Shown here one piece after another: positions 50,850 to 58,637 of a stretch of 64,000 nt of DNA (the first letter of the stretch is position 1; each line of letters starts with the position of its first letter). The position numbers were made by a program, and so were the translations under genes. Source of the stretch: Candidatus Planktophila sp. Its GTDB lineage: Bacteria > Actinomycetota > Actinomycetes > Nanopelagicales > Nanopelagicaceae. The DNA lies in NCBI GenBank assembly GCA_044232745.1, contig JBIILI010000003.1, forward strand, positions 92,259 through 156,258. Reading direction: 5' to 3'. Below the pieces are notes generated by a model. It was not told the DNA's origin and did not search any database. It saw nothing but the letters and a program-made list of their open reading frames with translations.

Positions 50850-50932
50850 AAATAGAAAAGCGAACTCCCCGGTCACTTGCTCTAAATCAGCCTTCCCCTT
50901 GCTGATGTAGAACTGTTATCCGAGGAGTTCGT
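50850..50932 (-). ncRNA. Candidate small RNA, a single long hairpin with U-tail
   Basis: -35 TTGATA, 17 nt, -10 TACTTT, predicted +1 at the first stem base; stem ends in TTTTCTATTT. Confidence 0.7.
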
Positions 50933-50938
50933 AGTCGT

Positions 50939-50967
50939 AAAGTAAGTCTTTGACATGGGTTTATCAA
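50939..50967 (-). promoter_or_regulatory. Housekeeping-sigma promoter for the candidate sRNA
   Basis: TTGATA (50967-62), N17, TACTTT (50944-39). Confidence 0.6.
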
Positions 50968-51068
50968 CTCGGCACCGCGTTGACAAAGGATAATTTCTTG
51001 AGGTAGTGCATCTTCATGTGCTGGCCCTTTTCATTGAAATCGACAAGACTCGCACCCGCATATGGTGA

Positions 51069-51093
51069 ATCTCTCAAGGTTTAGTTGAGAGAT
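51069..51093. promoter_or_regulatory. Perfect inverted repeat over the M48 gene promoter
   Basis: ATCTCTCAA-N7-TTGAGAGAT, 4 nt upstream of -10 TAACAT (51098-103), which lies 6 nt before ATG. Confidence 0.5.
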
Positions 51094-51109
51094 GACATAA
51101 CATTTCAGA

Positions 51110-51736
51110 ATGAGCCAGTCTGAACAGACCAACGGATTCCTAGAGCCATCCTTAGTTGAGTCAACCCTTGAGGAGCACACCCTTCCTGGAATCTCGGAGG
51201 GCGAAATTATTGTCATCAGATCTACGCGCCGAAAGAAAAACATTTCCGCATATCGTCAGGGCGGTCGAATAGTTGTCTCGATTCCAGCCAGAATGAGCAA
51301 GGCTGATGAGCGTGCGATGGTGCCTGAAATGGTTGCCAAAATCCGTGCTCAAGAGGCAGCGGCGACGATGAGCGAGGCGAGCCTTTCCAATCGCGTGGGC
51401 GAACTATTGAGCGAGCTCGCCCCAGAAATCACGATCCGCCCGTCGGCCGTGAATTGGCGGGCTATGCGCGAGCGCTGGGGTTCATGCACGGGCGCAGATC
51501 GCTCGATACGGATTTCTGACCGCTTGAAGGGTGCCCCCGAGCACGTGCTTGATTACGTCCTGTTCCATGAGGCGATCCACCTGCAGTTCTTCGACCATGG
51601 GCCTGAATTCAAGGAGCTTCTCGCCCGTTTCCCGCGTGAAGAGGCGGCTGAGGCGTATTTGAGCGGGTATGAGGCTGCTGAAAACGCGCTCACCGCCCCA
51701 GAAGCGCTAAAAAAACTCCTAAATAAAGGTGCCTAG
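51110..51736 (+). CDS. M48/YgjP (DUF45)-family metallopeptidase domain protein
   Basis: RSTRRKK, RWGSCT, IRISDRL, DYVLFHEAIHL..DHG..F. Confidence 0.88.
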   Translation: MSQSEQTNGFLEPSLVESTLEEHTLPGISEGEIIVIRSTRRKKNISAYRQGGRIVVSIPARMSKADERAMVPEMVAKIRAQEAAATMSEASLSNRVGELLSELAPEITIRPSAVNWRAMRERWGSCTGADRSIRISDRLKGAPEHVLDYVLFHEAIHLQFFDHGPEFKELLARFPREEAAEAYLSGYEAAENALTAPEALKKLLNKGA

Positions 51737-51839
51737 ATACGCTTGTTTAAGCGTGTTCAGGGGTAGCCTCATACACGAACGCCTGCCCCACACGGGGAGC
51801 AATCCCGAAGGGATCGCAAGCGTCGATAGGAGGAAAAGA

Positions 51840-52004
51840 ATGACTGCAGAGACATACAAAGGTGACGCTTACTGCGTTAAGTGCAAAGAGAAGCGTGATT
51901 TCGAAGGAACTGTAAAGGTTTCTGACTCTGGTCGTCGCATGGCACAAGGCATCTGCCCAGTGTGTGGCACCAAGGTCAATCGTATTCTTGGCAAAGCCCA
52001 GTAA
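51840..52004 (+). CDS. DUF5679-like small zinc-ribbon protein, 54 aa
   Basis: AYCVKCKEKR...GRRMAQGICPVCGTKVNRILGK; strong RBS AGGAGG. Confidence 0.88.
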   Translation: MTAETYKGDAYCVKCKEKRDFEGTVKVSDSGRRMAQGICPVCGTKVNRILGKAQ

Positions 52005-52061
52005 TTAAATTTCGTTTTGCGTTGGTGAGATCTGGTTCACCTGCGAACGACTAGCGTTATG

Positions 52062-52100
52062 AAAGACCCTCGCACTTAACGGTGTGGGGGTCTTTTGTTT
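52062..52100 (+). terminator. Intrinsic terminator after the zinc-ribbon gene
   Basis: AAAGACCCTCGCAC-TTAACG-GTGTGGGGGTCTTT-TGTTT. Confidence 0.85.
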
Positions 52101-52118
52101 GCCAAGTATCCTTCCAAC

Positions 52119-53213
52119 ATGGCCGCGCGCGAATATCACTTAGAGATTGATGCGGTTGATGCGACCCTGGTTTCTATTGAAAAGGTCTTGGATCTGCCAA
52201 AACTTCGCAAGCAAGCAGATGAACTAGAAGTAGAAGCAGGGGTTCCTAATCTGTGGGACGACCCTGAGGCAGCGCAAAAGATCACAAGCCGTTTATCGCG
52301 CGTTCAATCTGTAATTGCCAAGTTGTCGGGGTTGCGTCAACGTGTTGAAGATCTATCTATCCTCTTTGAATTAGCTGCCGGAGAACCAGGTGGAATGCAG
52401 GATGCCGAAAATGAACTCGATGCCGTTAAGAAATCGGTCAGCGAGTTAGAAGTTCAGACTCTATTAAATGGAGAGTACGACGATCGCGATGCTTTGATCA
52501 CTATTCGCTCAGAAGCAGGTGGCGTAGAGGCTGCCGACTGGGCAGAGATGATTATGCGCATGTACCTGCGTTACTGCGAGCGTCACAACTTCACAGTTAA
52601 TGTCCTTGAAACATCATATGCAGAAGAAGCGGGAATCAAGTCAACAACCTTTAAGGTTTCGGCCCCTTATGCCTACGGAACTTTATCTGTGGAACAAGGC
52701 ACTCACCGCTTAGTGCGCATTTCACCTTTTGATAGCCAAAGCCGCCGTCACACATCATTTGCAGGAGTTGAAGTTGTGCCTGTTGTAGAACAAAGTGATC
52801 ACATTGAAATTGATGAAAAAGACATTCGCGTTGATGTGTATCGCTCATCAGGTCCTGGCGGGCAAGGTGTTAACACCACAGACTCTGCTGTTCGTTTAAC
52901 GCACATCGCAACCGGAATTGTTGTCTCATGTCAGAACGAGCGTTCCCAGATTCAAAACAAAGCAACAGCAATGGCTGTGTTGCAATCCAAGTTGTTAGAG
53001 CGCCGCCGCCAAGAAGAGCAGGCAAAGATCAATGCTCTCAAGGGCGACAATTCAGGGTCATGGGGCAATCAGATGCGCTCATATGTTTTAGCGCCATATC
53101 AAATGGTTAAAGATCTGCGCACAGATTATGAAACTGGAAATACTTCAGCTGTATTAAATGGCGAAATCGATGAGTTCATCGAAGCCGGAATTCGCTGGCG
53201 CCGCAGTTCTTAA
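52119..53213 (+). CDS. prfB: Peptide chain release factor 2 (no programmed frameshift)
   Basis: SPF motif, [16 protein letters not shown]; ATG 52119 lies 6 nt after TATCCT. Confidence 0.96.
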   Translation: MAAREYHLEIDAVDATLVSIEKVLDLPKLRKQADELEVEAGVPNLWDDPEAAQKITSRLSRVQSVIAKLSGLRQRVEDLSILFELAAGEPGGMQDAENELDAVKKSVSELEVQTLLNGEYDDRDALITIRSEAGGVEAADWAEMIMRMYLRYCERHNFTVNVLETSYAEEAGIKSTTFKVSAPYAYGTLSVEQGTHRLVRISPFDSQSRRHTSFAGVEVVPVVEQSDHIEIDEKDIRVDVYRSSGPGGQGVNTTDSAVRLTHIATGIVVSCQNERSQIQNKATAMAVLQSKLLERRRQEEQAKINALKGDNSGSWGNQMRSYVLAPYQMVKDLRTDYETGNTSAVLNGEIDEFIEAGIRWRRSS

Positions 53214-53366
53214 TTCCTGAGAATGCGTGGATTCCGCACAATCTCACACAATCTTTAGGCTCAAACTCGCGTTAGAACCGAGGATTTCCGCCTGCCTTCC
53301 TTAAACTAAGCGCAGGTCGAAGGTGGTTCCCCGAAATTCCACCCCGCAGATGCAATGGGAGATTTA

Positions 53367-54056
53367 ATGATTCGCTTTGAAAATGTCACCAAGATTTACT
53401 CGGGTCAAGAGCGCCCAGCCCTTGATTCTGTAAATCTTGAGATTGTAAAAGGCGAGTTCGTATTCCTGGTTGGTCTTTCAGGCTCTGGTAAATCTACATT
53501 CCTACGTTTAGTACTTCGTGAAGAACGCCCAACATCAGGATCAATCCATGTAGCCGGTAAAGATTTAGGTAAGTTGGCAAATCACAAAGTTCCAGAGCTT
53601 CGCCGTTCTGTTGGAACTGTTTTTCAAGATTTTCGCTTACTTCCAAACAAGACAATTACAGAAAACGTTGCCTTCACATTGCATGTCCTCGGATATTCAC
53701 AAAAGGAAATCAACCGCGAGGTTCCAGAGGTACTAGAGCTAGTTGGTTTAGAAGATAAGGGCGACCGTTTGCCGTCAGAGATTTCCGGTGGCGAACAACA
53801 GCGCGTAGCGATTGCTCGTGCATACGTTAGCCGCCCGCCAATCTTGATTGCTGATGAGCCAACTGGAAACCTAGATCCAGCAACTTCTGTCGGCATTATG
53901 AAGTTGCTTGATCGCATTAACCGCGAGGGCACAACTGTTTTGATGGCAACACATGATGCTGGCATTGTGGATCAAATGCGTAAGCGCGTTATTGAGTTAG
54001 ATGCAGGACATGTAATCCGCGACCAAGTTCGTGGCGTTTATGGGTACACGGGCTAA
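53367..54056 (+). CDS. ftsE: Cell division ATP-binding protein FtsE
   Basis: [38 protein letters not shown]. Confidence 0.96.
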   Translation: MIRFENVTKIYSGQERPALDSVNLEIVKGEFVFLVGLSGSGKSTFLRLVLREERPTSGSIHVAGKDLGKLANHKVPELRRSVGTVFQDFRLLPNKTITENVAFTLHVLGYSQKEINREVPEVLELVGLEDKGDRLPSEISGGEQQRVAIARAYVSRPPILIADEPTGNLDPATSVGIMKLLDRINREGTTVLMATHDAGIVDQMRKRVIELDAGHVIRDQVRGVYGYTG

Positions 54057-54071
54057 GGACGGGATAAACAA

Positions 54072-54974
54072 ATGCGCGCACGGTTTCTTCTTAGTGAAGT
54101 TCGAATTGGACTTCGTCGTAACTTAACCATGACCTTTGCAGTTGTTGTCACAACTGCTATCTCCTTGTCGTTACTCGGTATAGGTCTTCTTTCAAACGCC
54201 CAAGTAGGTGCTATGAAGGATTATTGGTATGACAAAATCGAAGTCTCAGTTTTCCTGTGCGGAAATCTTTCGGATTCACCATCTTGCGCAAATGGAATCA
54301 TTACCCCGCCTCAACGTTTAACTATCCAGCAAGATCTTCAAGAGATGAGCGTTGTTGAAAGCGTGTTCTACGAATCACAATCACAGGCTTACTCTCGTTT
54401 TCAAGAGCGCTTTAAGGATTCAGCGATTGCACAAAATGTGACTGCAGATCAGCTGCCGGAATCATTCCGCGTTAAGTTAAAGGATCCAACACAGTTTTCA
54501 GTAATTGTCAGCGCTTTTAGCGGCCGACCAGGAGTTGATGTTGTTCAAGATCAACGAACAATTCTTGAGAAGTTCTTCAAACTATTGGGTGTCCTTCGAA
54601 ATGGTGCACTAGTAGTTGGTCTTGCATCGGTGTTAACTGCGGCGTTGTTGATTTCAAATACTTTACGCATTGCAGCATTTAATCGTCGCCGTGAAACCGG
54701 CGTCATGAAGCTAGTAGGTGCATCGTCGTGGTCCATTCAGCTTCCATTCTTATTGGAAGGTGTCATCTCAGCGATTATTGGTTGGGGGCTGGCGACAGGA
54801 TTGCTTGCTGGTTTAAAGACGGTCATTGATACCAATGTTGCTCCACTTCTTACCTTTACCAAGTTCTTTGGTTGGGGAGAGGTCTGGGTAGCTTCGGCCT
54901 ATCTACTAGCAACAGGCTTGGTTGTTTCGATTCTGGCTTCTGTGATCACCCTTCGCCGTTATCTGAAGGTCTAA
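54072..54974 (+). CDS. ftsX: Cell division permease FtsX
   Basis: GLRRN.TMT, WYDKIEVSVFLC, NTLRIAAFNRRRETGVMKLVGA. Confidence 0.95.
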   Translation: MRARFLLSEVRIGLRRNLTMTFAVVVTTAISLSLLGIGLLSNAQVGAMKDYWYDKIEVSVFLCGNLSDSPSCANGIITPPQRLTIQQDLQEMSVVESVFYESQSQAYSRFQERFKDSAIAQNVTADQLPESFRVKLKDPTQFSVIVSAFSGRPGVDVVQDQRTILEKFFKLLGVLRNGALVVGLASVLTAALLISNTLRIAAFNRRRETGVMKLVGASSWSIQLPFLLEGVISAIIGWGLATGLLAGLKTVIDTNVAPLLTFTKFFGWGEVWVASAYLLATGLVVSILASVITLRRYLKV

Positions 54975-54978
54975 CTTC

Positions 54979-55017
54979 TTCGTAAGCGGCATTTGGTTCG
55001 TAAGCGGCATTTGGTTC
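54979..55017. repeat. 18-bp tandem repeat (two copies plus partial)
   Basis: TTCGTAAGCGGCATTTGG at 54979 and 54997, then TTC. Confidence 0.85.
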
Positions 55018-55180
55018 ATAGGCTGCACTGACTTCTTACGCACCGCTTACTTCTTACTCGCCTCTGTAACTACCGCCTTCTTGGTCTCATAAATACTCGC
55101 TAAGTGAGAGAATTGGAACCTGCACTCCAATCGTTGGATGCACGGTAATAAATATCAGAACTTGAGGGTGGTGATGCGGC

Positions 55181-55684
55181 ATGGTTAAAGAGGTAGGCCG
55201 CAAGGTCATTGCCCAAAACAAGAAGGCACGTCACGATTATTCAATCGCTGATGTACTTGAATGCGGTTTGGTGCTTACTGGCACAGAAGTTAAATCACTT
55301 CGTGCTGGCCGCGCATCGTTAATTGATGGCTTTGCCATGGTCAATAACGGTGAATTGTGGCTGATGGGTGTTCACATTCCGGAATACACAGAAGGCACCT
55401 GGACTAATCACACTCCGCGTCGTGATCGCAAACTTTTAGTTCACAAAAATGAACTCAACAAACTTATTGCGAAGTTAAAGGATTCAAGCACGACTCTTAT
55501 TCCCCTGCAGTTGTACTTCAAGGATGGTAAAGCCAAGGTCGAGATCGCAGTGGCTAAGGGCAAGAAGGCCCATGACAAGCGCGAGGCGATTAAGGAACGT
55601 GAGGCCGATCGTGAAGTCTCACGCGTTGTCTCGCGTACTTTGAGTGGAAAAGCTAGTCGCGCCGCTTCAAAATACGAGGATTAA
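55181..55684 (+). CDS. smpB: SsrA-binding protein
   Basis: [39 protein letters not shown]. Confidence 0.97.
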   Translation: MVKEVGRKVIAQNKKARHDYSIADVLECGLVLTGTEVKSLRAGRASLIDGFAMVNNGELWLMGVHIPEYTEGTWTNHTPRRDRKLLVHKNELNKLIAKLKDSSTTLIPLQLYFKDGKAKVEIAVAKGKKAHDKREAIKEREADREVSRVVSRTLSGKASRAASKYED

Positions 55685-55877
55685 CACCTTCTCGCTTTCC
55701 TGATTTACACTTAGAACACCGCCGCTTCGATACCTCAATTTTTGAGGCAACGCAGCGACGGCGCAGAAAGTAGGAATTAGTAGTTCTTACTTTCTGGAAG
55801 TAATTGACAATTAAATAGGGGATAAGAAATACGTTTCTTTTTCTCCAAGTTGTAAGTGTGAAAGCACTTTAAATCTT

Positions 55878-56249
55878 GGGGGTGAACGGTCTCGACTTTG
55901 GATGTTGAGGCAGGGGAAGCGGGCCGAGGAAGCCGGAATGATCTCGTAAACCAATAATCCGTGCAAAAAATAACTGCAGACCTTAAAAAGTCTGAATTCT
56001 CACTAGCTGCATAAGCTACTGTGATTCCGTTAGCCCAGGTGCCGCTCTCGACCTGGAATCTAGCGTCGACTAGGGGGCTTTTCACTTCATTGGTGTTGCA
56101 GACGATGAAGGAGAACATTTTTGCAACTGAGTTCGTCGAAGATATGTGTGTAAAAACTTCGGGACTGAGAAAGCGTTAATCACACTACGCCCGTAGAAGC
56201 CCTGTTTGAATACCGAAGGACCCGGGTTCGATTCCCGGCACCTCCACCA
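55878..56249 (+). ncRNA. ssrA: tmRNA
   Basis: 5' GGGGGTGAACGG; 3' GGTTCGATTCCCGGCACCTCCACCA with G3:U; tag frame 55976-56014 (A)ADLKKSEFSLAA*. Confidence 0.97.
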
Positions 56250-56276
56250 ATATTTGAGCTTCTGTATGCTTTTCCT

Positions 56277-56363
56277 ATGGAAGGCATTCTCGTTGCACTG
56301 GCAATTTTGGCCATTTTCTTTTTCGCTAAAGATGGCTCCAGCAAAAGAGATAAAAAAGATTAA
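56277..56363 (+). CDS. Putative 28-aa membrane micropeptide (not in ORF track)
   Basis: MEGILVALAILAIFFFAKDGSSKRDKKD; TATGCT 6 nt before ATG. Confidence 0.55.
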   Translation: MEGILVALAILAIFFFAKDGSSKRDKKD

Positions 56364-56383
56364 ATAGAGTTTCTTAATGTGTT

Positions 56384-56827
56384 TTAGTGTTGCCCGCCAG
56401 GCCCATGTCCATCTTTTCCGGATGAACGGCCATTCTTTTTCCACTTAAGAGTTGGCCCGTGATCACCTGGTGCAGCTTTTCTTATTCCTAATTTACTTGA
56501 AATATTTGCGAGCAAGTAAAATTCGGGGAAGTACTCACGTCGCAGAGCAATATATGAAGTCACAATTGAAAAGACTCCAAGCAGTTTTGCTGGCAGTTCG
56601 GCGATATTTACAAACCAAGAACCGAGGAAAACCCCCATTGTTATTAAGAATCCATGTAGTAACCGTCTGAAAACGGTAAGCACCATGGACACGCTTCTTG
56701 ATTGAGAAGAAATAGCGTTGACCAACTTAGGCAATGTGAGAGTAATCGCTATTGGTCCTGCCAAGATATCAATCAGGAAAAGAATTAATACAAGCACAGC
56801 AAGTGATTCCATATCTAAGCACTCCAA
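56384..56827 (-). CDS. Hypothetical three-TM membrane protein
   Basis: Hydrophobic segments and a basic tail; AT-richer sequence directly downstream of ssrA. Confidence 0.65.
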   Translation of the reverse strand: MECLDMESLAVLVLILFLIDILAGPIAITLTLPKLVNAISSQSRSVSMVLTVFRRLLHGFLITMGVFLGSWFVNIAELPAKLLGVFSIVTSYIALRREYFPEFYLLANISSKLGIRKAAPGDHGPTLKWKKNGRSSGKDGHGPGGQH

Positions 56828-57372
56828 TCACTTCTGATAGCTGCGAACATGACCATGTTCTCACGAGTTCCATCTCCACAACAGGATTTGTCTCGCAACA
56901 CACCCTCTTGCACATACCCAGCATTTGCTAGAACCTTCAATGAAGGTTTATTCGATTCAACGACTAGCGCCTCTATACGGTGAAATCCAATGCTTTCAAA
57001 GCCATACTCAGTTAATAGCTTCGTTGCTTGTGTTGCAATTCCTTTGCCACGAATATCTGCGGTTAACCAGTAACCAATTTCAGCCTTTCCCTCTTCAAGT
57101 ACAAGGGTGTGAAAAGAGAGAGCACCAGCAAATTGTCCATCGTATTCAAGGACAAGCTGAAGTTCTGTGCGCATAGCGAAGCCATTCGGAGAACGCTCGT
57201 GCACATAATGTTCTGCATTAGCCATCTGATAATTAGCAGGTATGCGGGTGAACTTCGGAATCAGCGGATCTTGCACACCCTCAAATAAAGGAACTATGTC
57301 CCGTTCTTCGGGCTTACGAAGAGTGATCAACCCATACTGCAAGGTTGGAACTTCTGTTGGCCACCAGATCAT
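56815..57372 (-). CDS. GNAT N-acetyltransferase (RimJ/RimL type)
   Basis: AEIGYWL...RGKGIATQA, N.PS.KVL..AGY..EG. Confidence 0.9.
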   Translation of the reverse strand: MIWWPTEVPTLQYGLITLRKPEERDIVPLFEGVQDPLIPKFTRIPANYQMANAEHYVHERSPNGFAMRTELQLVLEYDGQFAGALSFHTLVLEEGKAEIGYWLTADIRGKGIATQATKLLTEYGFESIGFHRIEALVVESNKPSLKVLANAGYVQEGVLRDKSCCGDGTRENMVMFAAIRSDWSA

Positions 57373-57393
57373 TTAGCTAGTATCGCAGGTTAA

Positions 57394-58452
57394 TTAACCC
57401 TCTTGTAAATCAGTAGGCGCACCATGCACATCAAGCACATCTGCGCCCAACTTCGACCCTTCACCGCTGCGATTAAGTGGCGTCTTGGGCTTGGCATCAT
57501 CCTTGTAAATAGCAGGAATTGAACCGAGTAATCCCTTTTGGAAATCTTCAAAGGCCTGCAGCACTTCGCGCTTTGTATTCATAACAAAGGGGCCCATCCA
57601 TGCAACAGGTTCCTTAATTGGCGCACCACCCAGAATGAATAGTTCCAGTTCTGGAGAACGCGCTTCTTGCTGATTAGCAGCGCGAACAACAATTGTGTCT
57701 CCCTCGCCAAAAACAGTTAGCTGACCCATCTGTACGGGGCGTGCTTCATCACCAACAAAACCATGACCTGCCATTGTGTACACAAGTGCGTTGTAATCCT
57801 TGCGCCATGGCAAACGTAATTCTGCCCCAGCTGCAATAGTTGCATGTAACAAAGTAATTGGCGTCTGTGTTGAACCCGGTCCAAAGTGTCCATCAACTTC
57901 ACCGGCAATTACTCGCAACAATGAACCGCCATCTGCCGATGACAACAATGCAACATCTTTTGCACGAACATCTTGATAGGCAGGAGGTGACCACTTCTTT
58001 GCCGCCGGCAAATTAACCCACAACTGGAATCCGTGAAACAAACCACCAGACATAACCAAACTTTCTGGGGGAGTTTCAATGTGCAAAATGCCAGCACCTG
58101 CCGTCATCCATTGCGTATCGCCATTTGAAATCGTGCCACCACCACCATTGTTATCTTGGTGATCAAAGATTCCATCAATAATGTAAGTAACAGTTTCAAA
58201 TCCGCGATGTGGGTGCCAAGGAGTTCCCTTTGGTTCACCTGGTGCATATTCAACTTCGCCCATTTGATCCAAGTGAATAAACGGGTCAAGCTCGGCCATA
58301 TCAACACCGGCAAATGCGCGACGAACCGGAAAGCCTTCACCTTCAAAACCCTGCGGCGCAGTAGTAATGCTCTTCACCTTGCGCGCACGTGCACCAGTAA
58401 CCTCGTTAACACGAGGCAAAACGGTGATGTCGCTGACGGTTACTGCAGGCAT
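57394..58452 (-). CDS. Pirin family protein
   Basis: DPFIHLDQMG, HPHRGFETVTY, QWMTAGAGILHIE, FQLWVNLP, GPFVMNT. Confidence 0.94.
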   Translation of the reverse strand: MPAVTVSDITVLPRVNEVTGARARKVKSITTAPQGFEGEGFPVRRAFAGVDMAELDPFIHLDQMGEVEYAPGEPKGTPWHPHRGFETVTYIIDGIFDHQDNNGGGGTISNGDTQWMTAGAGILHIETPPESLVMSGGLFHGFQLWVNLPAAKKWSPPAYQDVRAKDVALLSSADGGSLLRVIAGEVDGHFGPGSTQTPITLLHATIAAGAELRLPWRKDYNALVYTMAGHGFVGDEARPVQMGQLTVFGEGDTIVVRAANQQEARSPELELFILGGAPIKEPVAWMGPFVMNTKREVLQAFEDFQKGLLGSIPAIYKDDAKPKTPLNRSGEGSKLGADVLDVHGAPTDLQEG

Positions 58453-58481
58453 TGGACTCTCCTTAGTTCAGGCTCCAAGGT

Positions 58482-58499
58482 TAGTTGAACATTCAACTA
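58482..58499. promoter_or_regulatory. Palindromic operator in the pirin promoter spacer
   Basis: TAGTTGAA-CA-TTCAACTA between minus-strand TTGCAG (-35) and TAACCT (-10), 17 nt apart. Confidence 0.75.
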
Positions 58500-58637
58500 C
58501 CTGCAACTGATGGAAAGTTTTCGAAGTTAAGAGTTCGTTGAAATCGTATCTTTGTCTCAATTGACCCAATGCGCGAGCGTGAACTGATTACAAAAAGGCC
58601 CTGGATTTCATAGAACTGCTTAACTAGAAAACTGTTC

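Noticed and set aside
50860-50932. SRP RNA (ffs)
   Set aside because: Contains GGAAGG and AGCAAGGG words but not in the CAGG-stem-GNRA-stem-AGCA order, and the loop is 9 nt
50883-50957. Minus-strand mini-ORF MSKTYFTTTNSSDNSSTSARGRLI
   Set aside because: Its start lies inside the predicted promoter spacer, it has no RBS, and it is low-complexity
52095-52200. Programmed +1 frameshift in prfB
   Set aside because: The frame is continuous and there is no CTT-TGA site; normal for actinobacteria
54979-55060. CRISPR array
   Set aside because: Two directly adjacent 18-bp copies, no spacers, no cas genes
56266-56367. Alternative plus-strand ORF MLFLWKAFSLHW...
   Set aside because: Its ATG falls inside the -10 box; the overlapping 28-aa frame has better start geometry and a clear TM pattern
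55777-56444. Minus-strand ORFs of 113 and 120 aa
   Set aside because: They overlap tmRNA on the opposite strand and have no protein features
56250-56830. Prophage or genomic island integrated at ssrA
   Set aside because: No integrase and no duplicated ssrA 3' end within the window; only two small AT-rich ORFs
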